The notes under the pieces are model-generated. The model worked only from the letters and a program-made list of their open reading frames with translations, ran no database searches and was not told where the DNA came from. Shown here piece by piece: positions 1 through 6,279 of a stretch of 43,889 nucleotides of DNA. This DNA comes from a virus. Location: the IMG/VR virus record IMGVR_UViG_3300006155_000030. One strand, written 5' to 3'. The translations under genes were made by a program, and so were the position numbers. Each line of letters starts with the position of its first letter. Positions within the stretch are counted from its first letter, which is position 1.

Positions 1-77
1 CCACATTTGGAACACTGACAGATACACAGGCGCAACGGATAGCCCATTTCGTCCTGTTGGAGAGCGTTTGACCGTTC
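1..77. repeat. terminal direct repeat, left copy (assembly overlap of a circular or circularly permuted genome)
   Basis: The first ~77 nt (CCACATTTGGAACACTGACAGATACACAGG...TTGACCGTTC) recur at 43814-43889, possibly one T shorter in a T-run. A small ORF reads cleanly through the join. Confidence 0.9.
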
Positions 78-122
78 CTTTACCACATAATTATGCGAAC
101 ACATTTTCTTAAACAGTCCCAT
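1..122 (-). CDS. small Cys-rich ORF crossing the circular junction (N-terminal part; remainder at 43789-43889)
   Basis: ATG at 122-120 has GAGGA 8 nt upstream and overlaps the stop of 109..678. It reads MGLFKKMCSHNYVVKERSNALQQDEMGYPLRLCICQCSKCG, then KSEQEVA-stop through the repeat. It is split by the window edge, so it is absent from the ORF track. Confidence 0.35.
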   Translation of the reverse strand, partial: MGLFKKMCSHNYVVKERSNALQQDEMGYPLRLCICQCSKC

Positions 123-678
123 CTTCTTTATCCTCGCTTTCCTCCGGCTCCGTTGGCTTCTCCACTGGCTTATCCTCCGGCGGTCTGCTTATCGGGGCAT
201 TGCGGCGTGGGTAGGGGATTCCGGCATACAGAAGATTCACGCCGTTGCTGTCTTTGATACCACTAAGCCCATCCCGTACCATGCCATATACCATAGTGTC
301 ATCCACTTTCTTATCCTTTGCCGCCTCCATTATTGCGGTACTGGCAGAACCGGCGGCGGAATAGCCTATGCTTTCAGAGCCGGACGATATGGACGTGATA
401 ACCTTTCCCTTTACCGTTCCGTCAGCCTGCGCCACCGTTCCCATGCTCTCCATAGCGGCGGTATTGTAGCTGTCAATCTGATAGAGAAAGTCTGTCAGTT
501 CGCAGACGCAATCCCTGACCGCCTCCACCGCCCGGCTGTCGGTTGGAAAAGCAAATTGCAGCTTATTCCCGGTTATCCCGTCAATCCTGCGCTCTGCCCT
601 CCGTCCAAATCGCTTGTAATCGTCCGCAGACATCTTGCCGCCGTATTCAGTTTGGTAATATTCGTAATCTGCGTACAT
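109..678 (-). CDS. head-tail connector/adaptor protein (gp6-like), putative
   Basis: 189-aa ORF directly downstream of the capsid gene. The N-terminus MYADYEYYQTEYGG..YKRFGRRAERRIDGITGNKL resembles connector proteins of Firmicute siphophages (recalled resemblance, not searched). The C-terminal tail is Pro/Glu-rich. Confidence 0.55.
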   Translation of the reverse strand: MYADYEYYQTEYGGKMSADDYKRFGRRAERRIDGITGNKLQFAFPTDSRAVEAVRDCVCELTDFLYQIDSYNTAAMESMGTVAQADGTVKGKVITSISSGSESIGYSAAGSASTAIMEAAKDKKVDDTMVYGMVRDGLSGIKDSNGVNLLYAGIPYPRRNAPISRPPEDKPVEKPTEPEESEDKEDGTV

Positions 679-687
679 AACTGCTCC

Positions 688-1674
688 TTATGAGAGATTG
701 CTCTCTTTTGCCGCTTTTGTGGTTTTTGCCGCCGGAGTTACCGGGGAAACGTTTTCAGATTCCGGGTTTGTGCTGTTCGGGTTGATTGTAACGACTGCAA
801 TAGCGTCAATGTATTCCGCAAAGAGTGTAAAGCCCATCAGAGCATACGAAACGCCTGTCGCCCGGTCATAATCTCCTGCCACCGCAAAACCAATCAGATT
901 TGTCACGCCATCTGTGGTGTAATGCAACCCTAACTTTGCAAAGCCGCTGTTCTGCGGATTGACATAGTAAGATACGATATTGTTGATAGGTGTGGCAATC
1001 ATCTGTCCTCTTGGAATCTCGCTGGAAACGAAAGTCAGTTCCGCACCGAGGAAGTTTTTCAGATAGGTAAAACCAAAAGCCGTCTGCATGGTAATTTCGG
1101 AACTTCCAAGATATGCGTACAAGTCAAGCGTATTTACGAATACCGCAATGCCGGTCACATTCCTGTGCATTTTCTTGAACTTGTCCTTAACTTTTCCAAG
1201 AGCCATAGCAAACGCCATCTGGAAAGTCTTTTCCTCGAATGTCATTGTGCCTGTCTTGAGATAATCGTAGAATCTGCCAGTGACGTTCTCCTGCAACTCG
1301 ACAAGAAATTCCTCATCAGTCATATTGATAGCCGCTTCTTCGCCGTGTTCTGCGACTGCTTCGATAGATACTTCTTTAGCGTATTTTTCAACCGTAATCT
1401 TTGCATACGGCTTTTCTTTTACGGTAAAGTGCGAACGGGGGATAAACTCGCCCTCTCCGACTTTCCCGTCCTGCAACTCGCCCTCTGCATATTTAGATGT
1501 AAGCTCTGTGCCGTTCGGCTTCTCAATAGGGCGTGTAATTCCCATGATTTCCTGCAACGCTTCCCAGTTACGGGCAAACTGCGTTACAAAGTCTATTTTT
1601 CTCGCCGTAACCTGAATGTCAGCACTTTTGATTAAGTTCTCATGTGCCGCTGTTGTAATGTTTATATCTGCCAT
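688..1674 (-). CDS. major capsid protein
   Basis: 328-aa ORF immediately after the scaffold gene with SD AAAGGAGAATAATCATG. Size, position and sequence character fit major head proteins of Sfi11/A118-type phages. Confidence 0.8.
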   Translation of the reverse strand: MADINITTAAHENLIKSADIQVTARKIDFVTQFARNWEALQEIMGITRPIEKPNGTELTSKYAEGELQDGKVGEGEFIPRSHFTVKEKPYAKITVEKYAKEVSIEAVAEHGEEAAINMTDEEFLVELQENVTGRFYDYLKTGTMTFEEKTFQMAFAMALGKVKDKFKKMHRNVTGIAVFVNTLDLYAYLGSSEITMQTAFGFTYLKNFLGAELTFVSSEIPRGQMIATPINNIVSYYVNPQNSGFAKLGLHYTTDGVTNLIGFAVAGDYDRATGVSYALMGFTLFAEYIDAIAVVTINPNSTNPESENVSPVTPAAKTTKAAKESNLS

Positions 1675-1689
1675 GATTATTCTCCTTTA

Positions 1690-2325
1690 CTAAAATTCAG
1701 AGAGATTCTCGGCAATAGCCTGCCGTCTTGCGGTCGTATCCTTAATGCCGAAGATTTCCTCCCTTGTCATTTTCTTTGCGACGCCGCCATTCGGATTCAG
1801 CGGTCCCGTGAACGGTTTCGCCCGTCCTGCTTCAAGCTGCTCCTGCTTTTCGTCAACGAAAGCGGAAGCGTCTTTCTCTTTCATCTGGGAGATTAGGTCG
1901 TTCAGACCAAGGATTTTACCGTCTTTCAGCTTAAGACCGGCTTCCTTAATGTCAGCCATAACAGACTTTTTCGCCGCTTCACTGGTAAACTTTACGTCCT
2001 CTAATTCTGTTTTTAAGGCATCCGCAAAATCACGCTCATACAGTTTTGCGTCCCGGTCTTTCTCTGCGTCCTCGGCTTTCTTTTTATAGTCTGCCAACTG
2101 CGACTGCACCTGCGCCGGGTCGATACCCTCAAAGCCTTTCAAGGTTTCCTCTGCACTCTCGGCTTTTTCTTTCCATGCGTCCCGGTCGGCTTCCAGTTTG
2201 GAAATCGCCTTGTTATGCTCCGCTGTGTTCTTGTAATGCTCGGATAAGGCTTTCTTTACATCAGCCTGCTTGTCTGCCGGAATCTCAATCCCAAATGATT
2301 TCAAAGTTTCAATAAGTTTCTGCAT
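1690..2325 (-). CDS. scaffolding protein (GP20-like)
   Basis: 211-aa highly charged, helix-rich ORF (KQADVKKALSEHYKNTAEHNKAISKLEADRDAWKEKAESAEE) directly upstream of the capsid gene. SD AGGAGGATAAATATG. Confidence 0.75.
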   Translation of the reverse strand: MQKLIETLKSFGIEIPADKQADVKKALSEHYKNTAEHNKAISKLEADRDAWKEKAESAEETLKGFEGIDPAQVQSQLADYKKKAEDAEKDRDAKLYERDFADALKTELEDVKFTSEAAKKSVMADIKEAGLKLKDGKILGLNDLISQMKEKDASAFVDEKQEQLEAGRAKPFTGPLNPNGGVAKKMTREEIFGIKDTTARRQAIAENLSEF

Positions 2326-2401
2326 ATTTATCCTCCTGGTCGTGTTTATTGACCTGCCGCCGCAGGTATGGATTTAGGCAGATAGACCACTGCCGGGGTA
2401 A

Positions 2402-2484
2402 TTGAAGCGGCTGGAATCGAACCAACATCTACCCCATGAGTGATTAGCTATCTAGGGCGTTCTGTCCTTTTGAACTACGCTTCA
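2402..2484 (-). ncRNA. tRNA-like element T1 (canonical acceptor/D/T arms, 16-nt anticodon loop)
   Basis: Minus strand: TGAAGCG-TA-GTTC/AAAAGGACA/GAAC-G-CCCTA[GATAGCTAATCACTCA]TGGGG-TAGAT-GTTGG/TTCGATT/CCAGC-CGCTTCA. The 7-bp acceptor, GG D-loop and GGTTCGATTCC box are canonical. The loop closed by the 5-bp anticodon stem is 16 nt, so no anticodon can be assigned by hand. Confidence 0.55.
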
Positions 2485-2584
2485 AGGGGGTGCGCCCGCC
2501 CGCAATGGGCAGACGCTTGATAGGGAAATGTTGCACCTGCGCCATAGATCGCCTGCAAGCAGACAACATAGCCACAAGCACAAA

Positions 2585-2653
2585 TGCATCCGTGCGGAAT
2601 CGAACCGCCTTTACAGCGGGGTTTTATCCCCAGTTTCCATTACTGACGGATGC
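2585..2653 (-). ncRNA. tRNA-like element T2 (short, degenerate anticodon arm)
   Basis: Minus strand: GCATCCG-T-CAGT/AATGGAA/ACTG-GGG[ATAAAAC]CCC-GCTGTAAAG-GCGG/TTCGATT/CCGC-A-CGGATGC-A. The 7-bp acceptor and T-box are good. The anticodon stem is only 3-4 bp and the T stem 4 bp. Confidence 0.5.
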
Positions 2654-2712
2654 ACCCTCTTAGGAGGGTAAAGATAGGAATTTATCAAAAATTAGATAAT
2701 GTCAAAATAAAA

Positions 2713-3000
2713 TTACAAGTCATGTTCTGACATGATTTCTATTTCCGTTACATTGGCAAACTTAATAACATTCTCAAAGTCAATGTTTGCGTGTTCCAGT
2801 CGGTCAGCACATTTTACAATAACGTTGCCGCCCACGTTCTCCAATAGTTCAAAATGATTACATGAATATCCTTTATAATCAAAACGCTTCGGATTCATTT
2901 TTCTGTAATTATGCGTATACACCATATGACATCCGACAGTATTTCCTTTTCTTGTCCTCAAAATCATAAGGCTGTCAGTATATTTCATTTCTCCGCACAT
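2713..3000 (-). CDS. hypothetical protein (95 aa)
   Basis: Start moved to ATG 3000 (MCGEMKYTDS...) because of SD TTTTAGGAGGTAAAAAGATG. The track ORF extends to 3036 without an SD. Confidence 0.5.
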   Translation of the reverse strand: MCGEMKYTDSLMILRTRKGNTVGCHMVYTHNYRKMNPKRFDYKGYSCNHFELLENVGGNVIVKCADRLEHANIDFENVIKFANVTEIEIMSEHDL

Positions 3001-3013
3001 CTTTTTACCTCCT

Positions 3014-3057
3014 AAAATAAAAATGCCAGCAAACACGATTTCTCGTATCTACTGGCA
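3014..3057 (-). terminator. hairpin + T-run (possible terminator/attenuator)
   Basis: Minus strand TGCCAGTA-N18-TGCTGGCA followed by TTTTTATTTT. A second copy of AGTGCCAGTA lies 20 nt upstream (direct repeats TACTGGCACT at 3050-3059 and 3070-3079). Confidence 0.45.
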
Positions 3058-3082
3058 CTGAAACTTTGTTACTGGCACTAAA

Positions 3083-3355
3083 CTAATCTGTATTCAATTT
3101 TCTGCCACACATAGGGCAATAATTCATTTTTACTGTAAATTTAGATAATCTTTCTTTGCTTTGGAATAAAGAAACTTTTGATTCCAAAACACCTTCTTTG
3201 AAATTCATCGAAACATTATGCTCAAGCTCTGATGTTGTTTTGATTTCTATTTTCTGAACATAGTCGCGTATCGTTTGATTATTTTCAATGTTTATTTTTC
3301 GGCTTTTCATCGTAAAATAATCTCCGTTGCTTTTTCCTTCACAATATTTACACAT
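3083..3355 (-). CDS. zinc-ribbon-like small protein (CxxC...CxxC)
   Basis: Start at ATG 3355 (MCKYCEGKSNG...) with a purine-rich tract (GGAGAGCAGGGAGAAAAATG). The C-terminus contains CPMCG. It overlaps the upstream ORF stop (ATGTGTAA). Confidence 0.5.
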   Translation of the reverse strand: MCKYCEGKSNGDYFTMKSRKINIENNQTIRDYVQKIEIKTTSELEHNVSMNFKEGVLESKVSLFQSKERLSKFTVKMNYCPMCGRKLNTD

Positions 3356-3509
3356 TTTTCTCCCTGCTCTCCATATCATTAATATCCATAACCGTTTCCC
3401 TCTTGCACTTCGGGCAGAACACTATGAGGTTTTTCGCCTCCGTGTCCGGTCTTATTTTCGTCCGGGTTTTTCCTCCGCAGATGGGGCAGAGTACAAACTT
3501 TTCTGTCAT
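3348..3509 (-). CDS. Cys-rich KTR-type small protein (53 aa)
   Basis: Hand-translated: MTEKFVLCPICGGKTRTKIRPDTEAKNLIVFCPKCKRETVMDINDMESREKNV. The CPxCGxKTR...CPKC pattern matches the Cys_rich_KTR family as recalled. Below the track length cutoff. Confidence 0.55.
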   Translation of the reverse strand: MTEKFVLCPICGGKTRTKIRPDTEAKNLIVFCPKCKRETVMDINDMESREKNV

Positions 3510-3513
3510 GGTA

Positions 3514-3705
3514 TCACTTCCCTTTTAACATACTTTGGACAATGCACATAATAAGCCATATTCCAGTTGCTACCAGCCAGCTAAACCCAAAACCAAAGCA
3601 CATAGTTATCAGTTTGATGATTCCACACGTCATTATCCAGCTAATGAAATACAGAAAAACAACAATAAGTATCACAAACAAACCTTTCTTTAAAATGTCC
3701 TTCAT
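3514..3705 (-). CDS. small two-TM membrane protein
   Basis: 63-aa ORF, hydrophobic throughout (LFVILIVVFLYFISWIMTCGIIKLITMCFGFGFSWLVATGIWLIMCIV). First gene after the late promoter at 3855-3888. Confidence 0.5.
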   Translation of the reverse strand: MKDILKKGLFVILIVVFLYFISWIMTCGIIKLITMCFGFGFSWLVATGIWLIMCIVQSMLKGK

Positions 3706-3854
3706 TTCCCTATTCCTTCCGATTTCCTATATTATAAAAAGCATTAGTACCGCAGAAAACGCTTCGCATTTGTTCCTGTCTTTGATTACATTCAGTGCCT
3801 ACATATCGGTCTTACCTTATGTCGCGCCCATTTCCTAATGCCTTTTATGCTTAT

Positions 3855-3888
3855 ATTGTACCGCAGTTTGGCGGGGTAGTTGTACCAA
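3855..3888 (-). promoter_or_regulatory. phage late-type promoter (TGGTACAA box + -10)
   Basis: Minus strand TTGGTACAACTACCCCGCCAAACTGCGGTACAAT: the box, then exactly 22 nt after TGGTA, then TACAAT. Intergenic. Confidence 0.6.
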
Positions 3889-3896
3889 GTTAAAGG

Positions 3897-4034
3897 CTAT
3901 TTCTTTTTGGAATCTCCGAAAATAGCATAGAAAATCAGAGTAAGCATTATGCCAATACTCCAAATCAAAACAACTGTTCCGCTGAACACCCAAAAACTGC
4001 TAAATATGTACTTTAAAATTTCCAACATTCCCAT
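3897..4034 (-). CDS. small membrane protein (45 aa), putative
   Basis: Hand-translated MGMLEILKYIFSSFWVFSGTVVLIWSIGIMLTLIFYAIFGDSKKK with a weak SD AAGGGA upstream. Below the track cutoff. Confidence 0.35.
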   Translation of the reverse strand: MGMLEILKYIFSSFWVFSGTVVLIWSIGIMLTLIFYAIFGDSKKK

Positions 4035-4124
4035 ATCATCCCTTTTGCGGTTTCCGACAGGGAAAACTCCCCTATCAGAGTTATTTTGTTTTCAACAGGG
4101 CGGTGACCGCTTGCTCCTGTCTAG

Positions 4125-4640
4125 CTATATATTCTTAAAACTTTTTCTTATAGCAGCCAACCTTATTGCTTCTGGTTTTACACCAAATCTTTTTGCTAAC
4201 TGTGTTGTATTATAATTCTCTCTGTGATTATCATATAAATCTCTTATAATCAAAACGTCCTCGTTTTTCAATTTTGACTTATGGCTTTCTTCTCCAGATT
4301 TAACCATGCCATGTTCTACCGCATGTATTATATTTTCTTGATTTGTACACCATTCCAAATTATCAACACAATTATTTAGGATATTTCCGTCTATATGATT
4401 CACCATTGGCTTTCCAAGCTCATTTTCAATAAACGTTTCGGCAACAGCTTTATGGACTTTGATTGTTTTCTTGTTTTTCTTTGAGCCAAAAGTACCAGAA
4501 AAAGCATAATATCCTTGTGTATTAAAAGAAAGTTTTCTTATTCTTCCGTTAGTTGCATTTTTAACTCTTCCTTTGTTGGAAATTAAGTAATAATCTCCCA
4601 AATCCTTACCTTGATAGATAAGTCTTCTCCATTCCTCCAT
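4125..4640 (-). CDS. HNH homing endonuclease (NUMOD4 + HNH_3 type)
   Basis: 171 aa. WRRL..YYLISNKGRVKN (NUMOD4-like) is followed by VNHIDGNILNNCVDNLEWCTNQENIIHA (HNH_3 motif). SD GGAGGGATTATG. A/T-rich relative to its neighbours. Confidence 0.8.
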   Translation of the reverse strand: MEEWRRLIYQGKDLGDYYLISNKGRVKNATNGRIRKLSFNTQGYYAFSGTFGSKKNKKTIKVHKAVAETFIENELGKPMVNHIDGNILNNCVDNLEWCTNQENIIHAVEHGMVKSGEESHKSKLKNEDVLIIRDLYDNHRENYNTTQLAKRFGVKPEAIRLAAIRKSFKNI

Positions 4641-4675
4641 AATCCCTCCAATATACCATAAATACTGCGCAACAT

Positions 4676-4790
4676 TTGGAAGAATGGATTTGAACCATTA
4701 CCTAATAGCGTGCTCCCAACAGTCATAGAACGGAATCGAACCGCGATAACGTATCGTGCTCCCAATTACACCACTTCCAAACCTAATCTT
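4676..4790 (-). ncRNA. composite tRNA-like element T4
   Basis: TTGGAAG-TG-GTGT/AATTGGGA/GCAC-G-[54 nt]-AATGG/TTCAAAT/CCATT-CTTCCAA. The 54-nt insert contains a second TTGGGAGCACG (D-arm duplicate), a CGATA/CGT/TATCG hairpin and a second GGTTCGATTCC box. Confidence 0.5.
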
Positions 4791-4820
4791 TAATTTATAC
4801 ATGCGTCAACTACATGTTAA

Positions 4821-4934
4821 ATGGATAGGCAGGAATTGAACCTGCATATTAGGCACACTATAGCCACGGAGATTTGCACTCCTTTTCGTTTTGGTTAGCC
4901 TCCTACTCCGGCTCTACCATTAAGCTACTATCCA
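4821..4934 (-). ncRNA. expanded tRNA-like element T3
   Basis: TGGATAG-TA-GCTT/AATGGTA/GAGC-C-[64 nt]-GCAGG/TTCAATT/CCTGC-CTATCCA. The insert has three GGAG tracts competing for one CTCCG, an inner GGAG/TGCAAAT/CTCC hairpin and a GGC...GCC arm. Confidence 0.5.
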
Positions 4935-5158
4935 CTTTTGCACCGAATAGTCCCACACAGTTCACGGTGCTATGGTCTGCTTCCTGTAAGTCGCCGCCGT
5001 CCATCACGGATTTTACCCGTGTCGCTCTTTCAGACCTCTTACACTGTCCATTTTCTGTCTGCAAGGACTGTGCAGTTCCGAAGATGCGTTCCCTAACTTT
5101 TATATCCTGCAAAACAGGACAATCCAGAAAGTTCATTCATCTTGTACGGATTGATTGA
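4935..5158 (-). ncRNA. structured non-coding leader upstream of T3/T4
   Basis: ~220 nt between the late promoter and T3 with no SD-led ORF. Visible helices: 5105-5109/5115-5119, 5059-5063/5071-5075, 5005-5009/5017-5021, 4940-4945/4965-4970, and long-range 4974-4979/5031-5036. Confidence 0.45.
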
Positions 5159-5192
5159 ATTATACCATAATTCCAGAAATTATTTGTACCAA
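5159..5192 (-). promoter_or_regulatory. phage late-type promoter (TGGTACAA box + -10)
   Basis: Minus strand TTGGTACAAATAATTTCTGGAATTATGGTATAAT, with the same 22-nt geometry and a consensus TATAAT. It lies directly after terminator 5199-5224 and drives the non-coding region. Confidence 0.65.
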
Positions 5193-5198
5193 CTTAAA

Positions 5199-5224
5199 GC
5201 AAAAGAGCGGCATCACTGCCGCCC
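5199..5224 (-). terminator. Rho-independent terminator
   Basis: Minus strand GCGGCA-GTGA-TGCCGC followed by TCTTTTGCTTT, immediately after the stop of 5234..5779. Confidence 0.7.
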
Positions 5225-5233
5225 CTTGCAATA

Positions 5234-5779
5234 TTACATCTCTGCAATTTTCCTTGCCCAGTTCTGGATAATCTCCCTTTCCTCCCGACAGTCCGCATCC
5301 TTGAACATCTGTTTCATCATGCCATGCACGCCGGACATGAAATCTTCCAAAGCGTCAAGCATTCTGTTCTTCGTTCCATCATCCCGGCTGTTGGAGTATT
5401 CCATCTTCCGGCTACGGTACTCGTCCATGTCTGTATCATCACCAGACAGACGGGAATAGTTCGGGCGGTGAACATATCTGCCAGTGGTTGCGCTTCTGCC
5501 CCGGCGGTAAGAATTGCCGTTGTCGTAGTCGTTGGAGTAATTCCCCTCCCGGCTGTAATCGCCGTTACGGGAATACCCGCCACGCTCCCGGCTGTAATCC
5601 TCCATGTCCCGGCTGTAACCGTCCCTGGAATAACCGCCGCCGTCCTGCATCATTTCAATTTTATCCACGCCTTTCATAATCTCCACCAGCTTATAGGCGT
5701 TATCCAGGTTGGAAGAAGTCAAGCCTTTTTCCTCAATCGCTTTCAACTCTTTTTCTGCGTTTTCTCTCAATTTATGCAT
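5234..5779 (-). CDS. low-complexity protein with (G)YSR repeats
   Basis: 181 aa with SD GGGAGGGCTGATTATG. Helical ends flank a core of GGGYSRDGYSRDMEDYSRERGGYSRNGDYSREGNYS. The DNA shows repeated CCCGGCTGTAA(T/C)C units at about 5545-5625. Confidence 0.6.
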   Translation of the reverse strand: MHKLRENAEKELKAIEEKGLTSSNLDNAYKLVEIMKGVDKIEMMQDGGGYSRDGYSRDMEDYSRERGGYSRNGDYSREGNYSNDYDNGNSYRRGRSATTGRYVHRPNYSRLSGDDTDMDEYRSRKMEYSNSRDDGTKNRMLDALEDFMSGVHGMMKQMFKDADCREEREIIQNWARKIAEM

Positions 5780-5781
5780 AA

Positions 5782-6204
5782 TCAGCCCTCCCTTACTGCA
5801 ATCAGGTTAGCGTTCTGCACCTGAATCGCCTGTGTTGACGTGTTTTCGACTGCAACCGGCACACAGCACCCTCTCGAAACGTCTATGTACGCTTGTGCAG
5901 ACACGTTGAAGAAGTTCTCAACAGCTGCCGGGGTTACAATCATACGGGTAGACTGCAAAGGCTCTCCGTCAACCGCAATCGCTACGGAGATAGCTTCCAC
6001 CGTGCCTCCTGTCGGAATCTGGATATTTCCCGAAAAGCTGACAAGAAATCTTGCCTTGCAGTTATTGGTAAGTCCTCTCAATTTCACAATGCCGCTCCCC
6101 TCCCTGTGCTGAATACAGTTTGAACCGCACACGGGGGTTTCGGTTAATACAACATTCTGCCCTGCGTCTACGGTTTGCAAGGCAATTCCTGTAAATTCTG
6201 CCAT
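5782..6204 (-). CDS. beta-rich protein, possibly BclA-C-terminal/C1q-TNF-like fold
   Basis: Start moved to ATG 6204 (MAEFTGIALQTV...) with SD GGAGGAAAATAACATG. The 141-aa sequence pattern (..VLTETPVCGSN..GIVKLRG..ARFLVSFSGNIQIP..ISVAIAVDGEPL..) recalls BclA C-terminal domains. Not verified. Confidence 0.5.
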   Translation of the reverse strand: MAEFTGIALQTVDAGQNVVLTETPVCGSNCIQHREGSGIVKLRGLTNNCKARFLVSFSGNIQIPTGGTVEAISVAIAVDGEPLQSTRMIVTPAAVENFFNVSAQAYIDVSRGCCVPVAVENTSTQAIQVQNANLIAVREG

Positions 6205-6279
6205 GTTATTTTCCTCCAGATAAAAAACTACCAACTGTTTATAGTCGGTAGTTTCTGTTCTCCTACTGTATTGCAAATA

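Noticed and set aside
4874-5158. 94-aa (plus) and 77-aa (minus, 4903..5136) ORFs in the promoter-proximal non-coding region
   Set aside because: Both lack an SD and run into the tRNA-like module T3. The region is better explained as structured RNA.
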